From Lama glama (Eukaryota): a stretch of 64,000 nt of DNA. Of this stretch, positions 12,381-26,700 are shown piece by piece. A program made the translations under genes and the position numbers. Below the pieces are notes generated by a model. That model did no database searches. It was given only the letters and a program-made list of their open reading frames with translations, and was not told the DNA's origin. Location: positions 2,668,001 to 2,732,000 of the forward strand of contig CM052818.1 in the NCBI GenBank assembly GCA_028534125.1. Reading direction: 5' to 3'. Each line of letters begins with the position of its first letter. Within the stretch, counting starts at the first letter, position 1.

Positions 12381-12960
12381 TTTTTTTTAAATTGAAGTAC
12401 AGTTGATTTACAATGTTGTGTTAGTTTCAGGTGTCCAGCAAAGTGATTCAGTTTTACATACATATACATGTGTGTATATATATGTATTCTTTTTCAGATT
12501 CTTTTCCACTATAGGTTATTATAAAATATTGAATATAGTTCCCTATATACAGTATACATACAGTAGGACCTTGCTGTTTATCTATTTTGTGTATAGTAGT
12601 TTGTATTTGTTAACCCTAAACTCCTAATTTATCCCTCCCCACTTTCCCTTTTGGTAACCATAAGTTTGTTTTTTATGTCTGTGAGTCTTTTTATGTTTGT
12701 AAATAAGTTCTTTTGTGTCACTTTTTTTTTTAAAGATTCCATATATAAGTGATATCATATATTTTTCTTTCTCTTTCTGGCTTACTTCACTTAGTATGAT
12801 AGTCTCTGGGTCCATCTATATTGCTGCAAACAGCATTATTTTATTCTTTTTTATGGCTGACTAGTATTCCATTATATATATATTACTATATATTCATGTA
12901 GACCACAACTTTTTTATCCAGTCATCTGTTGTTGATGGACATTTAGGTTGCTTCCATGTC
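12381..12960 (-). mobile_element. 5'-truncated L1 3' end (younger family)
   Basis: T-tract followed by ttgaagtacagttgatttacaatgttgtgttagtttcagg. The minus-strand translation MDPETIILSEVSQKEKEKY resembles the L1 ORF2 C-terminus. Same family at about 45150-45338, 46393-46693, 47941-48080, 57725-57925, 60590-61000 and 63715-64000. Confidence 0.85.
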
Positions 12961-14959
12961 TCGGAAGAGCCATGTCTTAAACCCTGTGTGTATGTGTGTG
13001 TGTGTGTGTGTGTGGTGAGTGCATGGGTGTGCACTTTGCCCATAGACCCTCCTGGGGTCCATGAAGAGGCTCACTGGTGAGGGGTAGAGGTGGGATCCCC
13101 AGGGGGAGGAGAAGAACCATTGCTACTGTGTCAAGCTGCTGGGGGTGACTTCAAAAGGGGGAGCTTCTGCCACTCCCTGTGTGTCTAGTCCTGAATAGCA
13201 GGCCATCCTCCTGGGCCCTGGACCAATGCCATCTATGCATTGGGTCCCTAAGATGGAGCCTACATAAGAGATGTTGAAAATCCTACAGCCCATGTTCACC
13301 AGATAGTCCCACTTAAAGAACTCAGTAACAGCAACAAAGTCTTCAGCAAAAGCAACATTTCTTAGGGGTAAGGCTGGTTATATACATACATCAGCTTTAA
13401 CTACAGGGGCAAAGATGATCCAAGTTTGAACCACCCATACTGACGGCTTGAAATCTAGTTCTTAGAAAATTTTATGTCAAAAATTAGAGTGTGGAAATAT
13501 GCAGCATAATATTCTGTAGGATTTCCCAAACCACTCCCAAAGTATGATCTTGATAATAATAAAGCTAAACTAATGGTAATTTGCCTTTACATAGGAAGGT
13601 TAGCGTCAATGAAAAACTTACCAACTCTCAGATCTGGATCAAGCCCAGGTAACAGCCCTGATCAAGCCCAGGTAACAGAGCAAGCCGCCACAGTTGCAGT
13701 GACTCCGACCCTCTCCAGGGGGCGAGCACAGCCAGCAATGGTAGTGGTAGTGGCTTTGGCAGCTCATGGTTTAGTCATGATAATAGCTGACATCTCTGCA
13801 GTGCTTGCTCTGGGCCAGGCACTGTTTTCAGCACTTTAACCCTCCCAGTGTCTCAATGAAGTTTAAATTATTATTATCCCCATTTTACAGATGGGGAAAT
13901 GGAGGAACAAATTTTAAGTCACTTACCCTAAGTCATACTGACAGTATTCAGTAAGCTTTAGACATACCCTCATTTGACTTGATGAATACCCTCTTTTAAT
14001 AATCCTTAGTGATTCAACTGACAGGTTATAATGAAGAGAGCTTTGGTCATGGGTAGAAAATGGAATGTTCTGGATGGGTTCTCCATTGCCCTGGAAGAAG
14101 TAGGAAAGGACCTGTACTGGGGATGTGCGGGCTGTCAAGAGGCTCCCTGTGAGCCACAGGACTGTAGAACCTATTTCAGGGTCCCCGCTCTACAGGGTGA
14201 AACTGAGACCTCTCGCTCCAAATCCCCCAGCTTATGACTTACGCCGAGACTGGTTCTTCCTGCCTCCAGCCAGGGCCAGCTAATGTTCACTCCTCAGGAT
14301 GCACTTTAGTTCCTCCTAGGCTCCTGGCTGGCAGGTCTTGTCCCCGATCTCAGAGGTTCTAGCCCCTTCGTGTGCTCAGTCAATGCTGGGGGAGAAGGTG
14401 AGTCTGGGTGGGGTACGCAGTCCTGCCCAGAGGCTGCTCCTCCCCACCACCAGGCTGGTCCCAGAGGGCACTGGGCAGAACACAGTCCACGGGTGGGGGC
14501 CCTGCTCTTGGAGGGCTGGTGGAAACACAGGCCTTTTGGAACAACTCAAGCTTCCCCACTCTGATACTTTCGACATTTCAGTGTGGTGGGGTAATCTTGT
14601 GACCCCATTGTGACTGGGTCCCCTTTCCTCAGCTTCTACTGACTCCATCTCCAAAGGCACTGATTTTATTAAAAGAGTCTTGGTGGGTGTGAACAGGGGG
14701 AAGGGTGGTGGGTGACTATGATGTGCTGGAAGCTCACATCTTTCCCCAGAGCCCATCTGAAGCTCTGAGCCTGTGCTCCTGACCACTGAGGTCAAACCAT
14801 AAGGCTCCCCCTTTCCACTTCCATAGAGGAGCTAAGAGGAAAATTCCTGCCTCAGGGAACAGCCAGAGCAGCACCCCTGCCCTTTAGGGCCAGGGGAGGC
14901 AGGAACCAGTAACAACCAGGAACCAGGGCACCTCAGACTTGCCCCCAGAGACCTAAACG

Positions 14960-15905
14960 GGCCATACAAATTGGCACATGAGAAGATGTTCAACGTCACT
15001 AGCCATTGCGGAAGGCAAATGAAAACCATAAGAAATACATCTCGGAGTAGCTACAACAAAAAATATTGAGAGGACCAAAGGCTGGCAAAGATGCTGAGAA
15101 ACTAGATCTCTTGTACATTGCTGGTGGGGATGGAAAATGGTGCAGCCACTCTGGAAACTGACCTAGCAGTTTCTGAAAGAGTTAAACATATATTTACCAT
15201 GGAACCCAGTGACCTCACTCCTGAGCATTTGTCTTAGAGAAATGAAATCTTAGGTTCACATCAAAACCTGCACGTGGATGTCCATAGCAGCTTTCTTTGT
15301 AACAGCCCCCAAACGGAAACAATCCAGACGTCCCACAATAGATGAATGGATAAACAAATTGTGGTACAGCTATATTATGGGATGCTACTCAGCAGTAAAA
15401 AGGAATAACAATTGACATGACAATTTGGATAAATCTCCAGGGAATTATACTGAGTGAAAAAAACCAAGCCCATCCTTAAGGCTACATGCTGTATGATTCT
15501 ATGTATATTACACTATAAAATGACAAAGTTATAGAGGTGGAGAACAGACTTGTGCTTGCCAGGGGTTAGATAAGGGGGGGTGTAACTATAAAGGGGTAAC
15601 ATGAGGATGCTTCTTGGTGCTAACAGAACAGTTCTGCATCTTGATTGTGGTGGTGGTTATATGGATCTATAAATGTGATCAAATGTCATAGTACTATATA
15701 CAAAAACAAAAAAGGGCATGCCAAAAATGGGTGAAACCTGAGGAAGGTTGGCAGTTTAATTAATTATATTGTACCAATGTCAGTTCCCTGATTTTGATAA
15801 TGTATTTTAAATATGGAAGATGTCACCACTGTGAGGAGCTGGTATACAGATACACAGGACCTCTCTACCATTTTTACAACTTCTTGTGAGTCTATATTTC
15901 AATAA
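14960..15905 (+). mobile_element. Old L1 (L1MC/MD-like) ORF2 end and 3'UTR
   Basis: gctggtgggga..aaaatggtgcagccactctggaaa, atagatgaatggataaacaaattgtggtac, and 3'UTR motifs shared with the 6815-7095 fragment. Confidence 0.8.
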
Positions 15906-17215
15906 GTGAGACTTACTTCAAAATAAGACATTAACAACAGTTACAACAAAACATGCCATGGAGCTAGAATGATGTTTTGTCACAGAAACTGACAAATCCA
16001 TTAGTTGAAAGAATATAACAGTGTTTCCCCAAACGCCTCTGCATTTCACTTGTGGTTTGTAAGATTGTTTAAAATGATACATAAATAAATTCTTTCTCAT
16101 TTCAAAAGTTATGCACTTATTTTAGTGTTTACTAGAAAAAATTGAAAGCTATGATTTTACTTGCTTAGAATGAAGCTACAGTAGGTATTTTGTTTTAAAA
16201 TATGCTGAAATATTAAGTAAATAAATGAAACATGAATATAATAGAAATGGTAAAGATAGTATTCAAATAACTGACTATTGGGAAACAATGGGATAAGAAT
16301 ACACAATTGGAGCTGTGTATATATAGTGTAGAAAGTTTGTGACAAAGGGAATATTCTAAATGGAGACGGGTTGGTCTAGCCTGTAAGTGGAGTTAAATTG
16401 GTTACTGTAAGTTGTCTGTTTGGAATATCATTAAGTTAAATTCATGTTTCACACCATAAAGATCAATGTTTTGAATGGATTAGAGATCAAATCATAGACT
16501 ACAGAATGATAAAAGCATTTAAAGAAAATATAGGAGGATATTCTTATAACCCTAAGCTTGGGAAGAGTTTTCCAAGCAAGATACCAACTTAGACTGTAAA
16601 GGAAAAACAGAGGTTTTATTTGACTATATTAAAGATAAAAACTTTTGTATGACAACAAGCATTAAAATCAAGGTAAAATGCAAAAGACACAATTGGAGAA
16701 AATGCTTTTGAACACCAGAAACTAACACAACATTGCATATCAACTATACTTCAATTTAAAAAGAAACAAAAGAGAAAATACTTTTTTAAAAGGCAAAGAA
16801 ATAATACCCAGAATATATAAAATGCAATTATGAGTAAACTATTTTTTTTTAAAAAAAAACAGGGCAATGGTCCAGTAGAAAAAATATTCAAGTCATTTAT
16901 GTGAGCCATTCCCAGAAAAGATATCCAAATGGCCAATAAATAAATGAAAAGACGAGCGTAGCTTCACAGTAATTAGGGCGATGCAAGTTTAAGAAACAAT
17001 GGGTAATCATTTATCTCGCATAAGTTTAGAGAAACATTTAGTCGACGATTAATAAAGCAATGATGCACTTTTGGGGAATCCACACTCCCACCCACTGCTG
17101 GTACGACCACAAATTGCCATAGCCTTTTAAAGCTGCATTTGTCAGATTTAAAGATGCACATAACTATTGCCCCAGCAATTTTATTTTAGCAGGCAATTAT
17201 CAATAAAAGCACAGG

Positions 17216-17339
17216 CTGGCAGGCGTACGTGTGTAATGCACAGTGGTAGAGTTCATGCTTAACATGCATGGGGTCCTGGGTTCAATCCCCAGTACCTCCA
17301 TTTAAAAAAAAAAAGAAAGAAAAAAAAAAAGGAAGGAAG
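17216..17339 (+). mobile_element. tRNA-Ala-derived SINE (vic-1-like, camelid)
   Basis: cagtggtagag..catgcttaacatgcatggggtcctgggttcaatccccagtacctcca plus poly(A). Target-site duplication (TSD) aaaagca(c/a)agg at 17205-17215 and 17340-17350. Confidence 0.85.
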
Positions 17340-17624
17340 AAAAGCAAAGGACAGACTCATGTGCTCCAAGGTATATAAAAGGATGTTTGCTGCCACATTG
17401 TTCAAAGTGTTGAAAGCTTGAAAGCATCCTGAGTGTTTCCTGTAAGGGAAATGACTGAACAAATTATGTTACATTCAGACCATTCCTATTTTATAAAATA
17501 CCGTGTAGCAGTTAAAAAGAATAAGGCAGTATCTATATGAACTGACACTAAGTGAAAGAAAGTTGTAGATTAATATGTGTAGTACTATCCCATTTATATA
17601 AATAAAACAACTGTATATATTCAA

Positions 17625-17830
17625 CCATTCAACAGAAATTTAGTAAGTGCCTACTATGTGCCAAATACTATTCTAAGGTGTGAGGATACAGAAATGAGTA
17701 AAACTGACAAGGTCCCTGTTCCCATAGACCTTGTAGTGGTGAGAGAGCCAGAGAATAAATTTGAAAGACTAATATGTAAGGTAATTATAAATGCTGCGAA
17801 GACAATAAAACAAGACAAGAGGATATTACT
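17625..17830 (-). mobile_element. L2 3' end fragment
   Basis: cattcaacag..tttagtaagtgcctactatgtgcca..ggatacag. Similar L2 ends near 23995, 30130-30220, 40550 and 62750. Confidence 0.7.
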
Positions 17831-17949
17831 GATCCTCTCCAAATAATCAAAACCCAATAATCACAGAGTGCTTGTGTTTGTACTTGCCGTTTTTAGCCAG
17901 GACCATCAGAGAAGGCCAGTCGTCAAAGTCAAGTTAATGTAAAAACCAT

Positions 17950-18314
17950 GAATGCTGTTTGCCAGGGTTTCCAACTCCTTCCAGGTACATGGTAGGGCTG
18001 CACTAATTTTCTGCCCTTTGAAATCAGACATGGCCATATGACTTGTTTTAGTCAAGAGGAAAGGATGTGGTCACATTCAGGCGAAAACTTCAAAAACTGG
18101 TTCATAATTTGCCACACCCTGTACCCTACTGTGATGGGGGGCGGAAGAGGGGGCAAGATGGCGCCTTGTCAGCCTGGGTCTCTGAGTACCAAGATGGGCC
18201 CCTGCCTGCTTGGGATGGACTTACCAAGTCAGCGAGAAATATACCTGCATTTTGTTAAAACTCTGACATTTGGGGTTATCTCTGCAGCAAAATCTAGCCC
18301 ATCCTTACTGGCAC
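17950..18314 (+). mobile_element. MLT1-type (ERVL-MaLR) solo LTR
   Basis: ggccatatgacttg, cagcctgggtctctgagt, and a 3' end tgttaaaactctgacatttgggg..gcagcaaaatctagcccatccttactggcaca. Confidence 0.65.
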
Positions 18315-21300
18315 AGCCCTCTTCCCTGAATTGTTCTTTTTCTGGGTGGAGTTGGTGGGGAAGCACCAGGAAGGAGGGATAGCTTAATTCCCACAGCCTC
18401 TCTGTGGGTAGGTCTTGTTAGGGTGCAATGCGCCAGTCTAAGTGGAATGAATACTGAGCTTTGCTGCCCTTCAGATATCCTCAAGGAGGGGGTGAGCCCT
18501 GAGAGGTGGGGGGGGGAGTGGATTCCGTCCAAAGAGCCTTTGCCACGGGAGATGTGGTGACCCCTGGCTAATAATAGATAGCTAATGCTACTGACCTCCA
18601 GGACCAAAGATTACCCCCTCTCACCTCTCCCAAAAGAACCCCTCAAAGTCCCACCTGACTTCATCCAGGTAGCACCCAGGTTAATGCGCTGCTGTTAAGG
18701 TGCTGACTTCTAAGTGTGACAAGGTCCTTCCTGCCTTAATCTACAAAGATGATGTGATCACTACAAAAAATCCCGTATAAAAAATTCATTCTCAAGTTTA
18801 TTGGGAAAACTGAAAATGGAAGAAAAGTTGAGAAAAAGTGTTAAAGAGTGAGGAGAGAATACTCGCATTGCCATTACAGAAAAATCTATTACAAGTCGAC
18901 AGCAACTGAAATAGTGTGATGCTGGTGCAACAGTGAAGAAGCAAATCCTTACTTATGTGAGGATTTGATATATTGTAAAGATGACACCTCAAATTAGCTG
19001 CAGGAAAGAAAAGATTATTAAAGGCCTTGGTTCTGCACATTTAGTTCATTATTTGGAATAAAGTAATTTATCTCACACTGCATGCAAAAATATACACAAG
19101 ATGGATTAAAATTTAAATGTAAAAATAAAGCTCTAAAAATTGGATGAAAAACATTGAAGAATTAAAAAAAAAACTAACTGATTTGAGAACCTAGAAATAA
19201 AAGCTTCTGCAGGATGAGAGACAGTTAAGAGACAAATGACCGATTGGGAGAAAATGTTAATACATACATAACAGAGTCTTAATGTCTAGCATACACAGCC
19301 TCTATAGAACGGTGAATAAAATCAAGCAATCCAGTGGGGGAACTGAACACATTAGACAAAAGGGTTATTCAGAGAAGAAGAAATTCTAGTGGCCAATAAA
19401 TATGAAAAAATACTCAGGTTCAGAGGGACTTAGGGGAAATACAAGTTAGAGCAGCAATGAGATAAATTTTTTCTTCAGAGAGCATATTTTATCCATCAGA
19501 CTGGGACGATGTGCTGGCAAAGGTGAGGGAAAATAGGCTTTTCTCAAGCTCTGCTGTTAAGAATGCACATTAATACAAAACAAGATTTTCTTGGAGGGCA
19601 ATTTCACAAGACCTAGCTGAATTTTAAAAATACGTAGTTCCTTTGTTTCAGAAATTTTATAGAGGTTTCTACCCCAGAGAAATATTAGTATACTTGATAA
19701 AGACAGAGCCACTTTTTGTAGCATAGTTAGTAAGAGAAAAAAAAAGGAAAAAGCTGAACGTTTGTCAATAGGAGTACCATTGATGACGTCACAGTACAGT
19801 CATGCCTTCAGCTGTTACGCAGACATTAACAAGAACGAGACACATCTCCATATACTAATCTGGAGGGATGACCATTATGTATTGCTATATGAAAATAGCG
19901 AATACACACATACAAACCCATTTTTATAAAGAACAAAAGGTAAAACTAAACTGTGTGCCTGCTTGTATCTACATAGAATTAAGTCTGGCAGGATGAACAC
20001 CTCTCTTTTCTGTTTGCTCTGTGGAGTGGAAGCTGGTTAGGGAGGGAAGATTTCTCCCACCTTACTTTGTACACTTTTTTTATTATTCAGTTTGTTGCAA
20101 AGACTGTCACAGTCTGTAAACAGACTATTTTAGCAGTTTGCAAAAACATTCCACTTATGTAATACAGAACTTACACATTTATGTTTTTCAGTTACTAGGG
20201 AAAGTTTAGGAGATTACATCTTGGGAATGGAAGTATATTACGTGGGGGAAATGAAGAGTTTTCAGCTTTCCTTTCACATGATTTCAGCATGGATTGATTT
20301 TCTAATTAAAAGGGTATTTTGTACTTCAGAAAGGAAAAGACATTACAAACAAAAATAAAGATAAATTGTAAACTCAAAAAATTGCAACACATACTGAATT
20401 TTTGTAACAAAAAAATTTAAGTGATATTATAAATATATATGACATGGACATTATATATTATATATAATATATATAATATTGTTACTTTGGTTGCAGAAGA
20501 ACTTTCTAGTTAAGAACTAAAATGTAGAAGTTCAAAAGGAAATGACCATTAGATGTAATTACAGTTTGAATTTGAGCAGGAAAAAAAACTCACAGCAAAA
20601 TTTTTTAAAAAAAGAAAAAGATCTGGGGATGTTTACAATACATCACAGAAAAAGGGATCGCTTCCCTTTTATACAAATGTATAAAAACATCTAAGTATAT
20701 TTTATGTTTACAGATATGTTTATGTAAATGTTTGTTTATACAATATATAAATATTGATCTATAAATACGTATAAATGGCATTTACAACTGAAAGAAAACA
20801 ATGAGCAAACCAACAGAGATATGGCTGAGTCTATGAATAAAAAATTCACAGAAGAGGAAATAACAATGAAGAGTAAGTATAGGAAAATATGCTTAACCTC
20901 ACTAGTAATTAAAAATGCTAATAAGATTTTTTCACTTGAAAATATTTCACTCTAAAGGATTGAGTATATCCTGGGCTGGGACAATGTGGAGAAATGGCAC
21001 ATTTGTACACAATTTCTGGAAGTATAAATTAGTACATTTTTGGCATTTGGAAATATCTATCACAATTTTAAGCATATATATATACTTGGATTTCAATTTT
21101 TCACTTCTAGGAATTTACCCTGTAATTATATGCATACCAGACGTACATGAAATGATGTTTATTATTTTTTAAAGTTTACCATGAGAAATTCTAAATATAT
21201 ACACAATAAGAGAGAATGGGATAATAAATCCAGACATACTTATCCCCCAATTTCAATTATAACAGTTCTATTTCAATATGAAACAATTATAAACTCAGGA

Positions 21301-22949
21301 ACAATCCAATTTCTTCTATTTCCCCATAATTTTAAGCAAATCCCAGATATCGTATCATTGTATCCAGAAATATTTTATAAGTATCTCTAAAGAACCCTTT
21401 AAAAAAAACACAATACTATTGTCACAATTAGACATATAAAATGTCTCACCTGTTTACATATTTTTCTTATTGTCTCATAAATAAGACCAAAAAACCTGTT
21501 AAAATTAGGATACAAAGATGTTCACTGAAACATTGTAATCGTGAAAAAATAGAACCAACGTAAATATCCAGGAACAGGGGACTGGTTAAATAAATTATAT
21601 TTTATCTGCATAATGTAGTACTATGCAGCTGTTAAAAATGAGGCAATTCTTGATAGAAAAATGTATATTAAATGAATGTTTATTAAATGAAAAAACCAGT
21701 TTGCAAAAATCCCACTTTTGTAAAATGTAACTTGCATTTTTTTTTCAATTACTAGGGGAAGTTTGGAAAACTGCATCCTGGGAGTAGAAGTGTATTATAT
21801 GGAGGAAATGAAGAATTTTCAACTTTTACATGATATAGCAAAATAGCATGGACTGGTTTTGTAATTAGAAAGATATTTTGTACTTCAGAAAACAAGAGAC
21901 ATCGGAAATAAAATTAAAGGACAACTTATAAACTAAAAAAACCATACAGCATGTACTAAAAGCAATGAGCTACTATCCATAATACAGAGTTCCTACAAAT
22001 CAGTAAGCAAAGGCATATATGAAAATTTAAATGGTCAAATGAAATGAACTAACAGATAGTGGAAGAAATACAGCTGGCCAATAAACATGAAAAGATGCTC
22101 AACTTCACTAACAATCAAAGAAATAAAAATTAAAATGCCAGTGAGGTTCTTCTTAGGTATGTAAGATGTATAATGTCCCATATGGGGAGAGGGCAAAGGT
22201 GGGGCTATAGATTGCTAAACTTTCTTCCTCTGGAAGAACAGTTTAACATCTGTCAAGATATAAAGTGGACACTGTGCTGGCAAGACCTGGGGATACAAGC
22301 ACTTGCAGGCATTTCTGGGGGAGTTTCAGCTCACGGAGGGCTCTTCCGCATTATCTTCCAAATTACACGCACAGATATTCTTTGACCCTGTAAACTACTT
22401 TCAGGAACTTCTCTGACAGAGCCACCCATGTGGAAATGACCAAGGAACAAGTTTATTTACTGCAGCATTGTATATAATAACAAAAGATAAGGAAAAAAGT
22501 TAAATGTCTACCATGAGGGCACCAGCTGTATAACATACATTATGGCCCATCCAGTCTCTATAAATGGACTACTACGTTAAATGTAAAAAACTAACAAGAA
22601 GTTCTTTACATCCCAAGATACACTGGTAAGTGAAAACAGTAAGGGGCAGAAAAATGTAGAGAGATGTCACCATGTGAGTGAAAAATAAAAGAAAGAAAAA
22701 ATAATCTAGCTGCATTGATTGCATGAAGCATACGAATTATTTGGAAGAACCTACTAGAAAGCAGTAAATCATGGCTGCCCTTGGTGGGGTGGTGGGAACT
22801 TAAGGATGGGGGACAGGGGTGGGAGATTTTTCACTGTGTACTTACAACAACTTTTTGATCTTTGAATCAAATGAATTAATTACAATTTTTTAATGAAACA
22901 CGTGTAAAAAAATTTTTTTTAGTGTGTGTAAACCTTTTGAAGCAGCCAT

Positions 22950-23720
22950 TCCACTGCTCGGAATCCTAGCCTTTGGAAACACTCAAGGGCGCGAAGACGC
23001 GCGCCTTGGGAGCCCACTTCGCCGTGTCGGTACCAGGGATAAACAACCAGAACGTCCTTCCAGAAGTTAGGAGAATCCGGCTTTCCCAACGGAAGGAGCC
23101 CTGTACAGTCACAGAACAGCGTGAGATGGTTGGGTCCAAAAGATGATCCCTGCGGATTGCATTTTTCAAAACGGTAAGTCGCGAGATAGCTTAGGTAATG
23201 TGATTCTGCTTCCGCTGATGTTTGTATAGGAGAGTGGGGGTGGGGATCTGAAACACACCTAACATTGGAGACGGTGGCTATTTCTGGGAGCCTCCCACCA
23301 ATTTGTTGTTTTTTTTTTTTCACACCTTCAGCACTTACTACTTTTTGAATTTACATTCTCTGTCCACCTGTCCACGCTGTAACTATGGCCCTGCCAGAGG
23401 CTGGGTCCTCGCAAAGTGTCCTCATCCGCCTCGCCCCGGCTCCCCACGGCTCCGCGGGTGGCCCCCGTGGGCGGCGGGACAAGCAAAATACAGAACAAAC
23501 TGTGGCTTTAGTTGCCCGGTTATTTCAAGCTCCGGCGGAGGATAGGAGGCGTGTGGATGGGGCGCGGATTTGTCTAGTTATTTCCCCGGTTGGCTTTGCG
23601 GGTGAAACCTCACACCGAGCAGCTGCGGAGAGCCGGGAGTCTCACTACCGCCCTTGAGGCCCTGCACTTCCCACGACCTCCCGCTCCGGACGCAGCCGGC
23701 CTCTAGGCGGCTACACCAGC
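22950..23720. promoter_or_regulatory. Intronic CpG-rich region in VAX2 intron 1
   Basis: Abrupt rise in CpG density directly after the AT-rich L1 cluster. Confidence 0.6.
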
Positions 23721-26700
23721 CCTGGGGATCCAGGGACCAGTAAAAGAACCAAATCCGAGCTTCTTCAGATTTTATATTTCAGTGGTTCCCAAATTTGAGG
23801 ATTGCACAAACTTCCAAAACTAGGGCGTCGTCAGTTTTATGTTTTATGTTTGTGCTCTGTCATAATCACCATTTCATGTAAGGAACGGCTTTGAAACGTA
23901 AAAAGAGTAAGATCATTTCAGAACAGATGTTCCTCCTCCGAGGGGGTTGCGACTTCCTACCTAGTTAAATACCTAGCGATGTGGATGTTTTGCCAGCTTT
24001 CATTCATTTGTCAAATATTTACTGGGTGCCTACTGTATGCGTTCAGAACACGCTTGGGGAGATCGCATAGGTTTGGCGGGCGCAGTGACAGCCTCCTAAA
24101 TCGTCTCCGCGCCGGATCAAGGGAACCTGGCTCTGGGCACCTGCCTCCCGGAATTCAGCGCAGACATCCCTCACCACCCGAGTCTGGCCGCCGGTGCCTG
24201 TCAGGAACCCCCTGCACGTCGTCCCCGCATGTGAGAGGGTCTCTTGGCTGGCACGCTGAGCGCCAGCAGCCCCACCAGGTCGGTCTGGCACAGAGTAGCT
24301 ACTCATTAATGTTTGCAGATTGAATCAGCTAGCAAGCGAAGGGCAAGATCATAGGGAAAAGTGGGAGAGTGTTTTTTTGCTGGGGTGGGGAGGCAGCAGT
24401 TAGCATCTCGGCCATCTCCACTCCCTTGCCGCCCTGGCAGGCCCAGAGCCCTGGTTTATCCTGGTCCACCCATTCCTCGGCTTTGTAGGCCAGATCTGGT
24501 CTTGGTACTGCCACCTCTTTCCGCAGTGTGTCCACTGCCACCCTGGCATCCTCAGTGGAGACCCTCCAACCGCCTTCCTGGACTGGGGCAGCGGTATGCA
24601 GAGGCGCCTAGACCACCCTGGGTCCCTGGGATTCCTGGCAGGCCCACTCCCCTCAGTGTCCTCAATCAGAGCTTCTCAAACTGAAGTATGGGGGAACTCT
24701 GCAGGATGCACTGCGGGTAACCGGCTACCCGCTTTCCTAGGAGAGTCAGACTAATCTTCAGTTTATATTAAGCACACAGGGAATAAAGGGAAATTCATAT
24801 GCTTTGTATACTCCCCTGCCCTTCCCCGCCATTTAAAATACAAATCAAAGAAAGTGCACTGAGAGGGAGCTTGGGGTTACTGTGGCCTCCAGTAGACTGT
24901 AATTGAGGAAATGGCATAGAGCCAACAGAACCCACTAATGCTCTCTCTCCCAACAGGTTCTGTGCAGTGGGTGAAGCCTCAAATTGGTTGGTGCCAGCGT
25001 ACATAGGCCCAGGGACACAGGCCACCATGGTCCACTTCGTCCCTCCAGTTCCGAGTAGTATACACTGTCCCAGCCACCTTGCCTAGCCAGGTCACCTGGG
25101 GACCACCTAGAAGCTCAGATCCTTCAGATTACGTGTGTGCACGCCCGCACGATGTGGTAGTGGGTTCACGGGCACCCCGGTCCAAAAGACCACCTAGGGT
25201 GGTAGAAATAGCTGAGAACACAAGGAGCCACCAAATGCTCTATGCTGGGCATTATGCTGGGCAAATGCTGGAAAATAAAAACGGTGCACACAAGAAACAC
25301 CAACAAGACAGTACATTTTTTGCAGGTTTGCTTGTGTGTGTGTGTGTGTGTGTTGAAGGCGGTGCGGCAGGGCATGGATATTAAAGGGTAAAAATGGAGA
25401 CCCAAATGGTTGGTAGGGCCTGGCATTGACCCCCGTGAGACTGTGGGTCCTTCTGCCAAAAACAAAGCAAAAGGAAAAATGTAACAAACATAAAAGAAAA
25501 ACAATCCCAGGAAAATAAAAGAGAAACCTAATACCCCCCAAAACTCCCAAACTAAAACTAAAACTAAAAACAAAACCTTAAAAATGCAGTCTGCTGCATA
25601 AATCATTTAAGCCTTTCAACTGCTGCGTGGGGGGCTGGTCCTGCATTCTGCAGTCTGTAAATGGTAAAACTGAGGCCCTGGTCCCACAGTCTGCAGAGGA
25701 CCCAGGCGCTGGGACGTGCAATCCAGTGCTCCTTCCAGTACAACATTCTGCCCTGCCTTCTCTGTTGCCAAAACACCCCCTCGGGCAGGTGGGCAGCTGT
25801 GCCCTTGTGGAGCTGCCACAAGTAGACTCTCCCCACCCTCTCTCTCGGTGAGGCCAGCCAGGTCCCAGCTGAGTCCTCCTAGGTCCAGTGGCTGCTGTAA
25901 ATCCAAGAAAGGAAGTGAATGGCAGGTCAACGCTGAGCCCAGACCTGGCTGCCAGAGAGGGTTTTCTGTTCCCGAAGGCTGCTCCTTGCTCAAGTCCCCA
26001 AGCCTTGGCCCCTTGCCCGGCATACTCGCATACTCAGATATGTCTACAGCAGCCAGGGCCCTGCGAGGTCTATGCCATTGTGCTGTCTGTTTGGACCAGT
26101 GAGTTTCTGCAGCTCAGGTCCGGCACTGCCCCCAGATTCTCAGTGGGGTCGGACCGCACTAAATTCAGTGACTCCCTGTCCCACACCTACTTCTACAAAC
26201 AGGACTGTCTAGCTGCAGCCAGAGGCCTTGGCCTTCCTGCACCCTCCCACGTTCCCAGCCACTGGTGCATCCATCAAGCTCCAAGGTAAAAGCGTTTCCG
26301 CTGGTGGGTGGTGGTGCTGCAGGGGTTGGGGGGAAGCCATTCACTCACTCAAAGGGTCTCTCAGTTTTCCTGTTCCTCTGCTCCCAGACCGAGGAGTGAG
26401 GGGCCAGGTCAGGAGTGCCGCAGGTCTCAAGGTGCAGGAGTGCCCTGGGGGCAGCCTCTGAAATCCACTCTACTCTGGCCAGTGTGGCTGCACAGAGCTG
26501 GGGGCAGAAAGTGAGGCCCCATTGTGGTTTTGAGACCCACAGTTTGTAAGGGACTGAGTTGGGCGAGTTGGGACAGCGCTAGCATTGTTCATAACATTTT
26601 CTGGGTTGGGTGTTGCTGGCAGAACACCATTCCCCGCTCTGTGCAGAGGGGTTGTTGAATTTGACTCTGAATTTGTTTGAGAATCGTGTAGGTGCCTCTG

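Larger units (their letters stand above)
16380..22900 (+). mobile_element. Cluster of very old L1ME-like 3' fragments in the same orientation, interrupted by a SINE, an L2 and an MLT1
   Basis: A-rich; degenerate L1 ORF2-end motifs recur (ggccaataaa..atgaaaa.atgctc..cttcact at about 16930, 19390, 20880 and 22075). Boundaries approximate. Confidence 0.65.
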
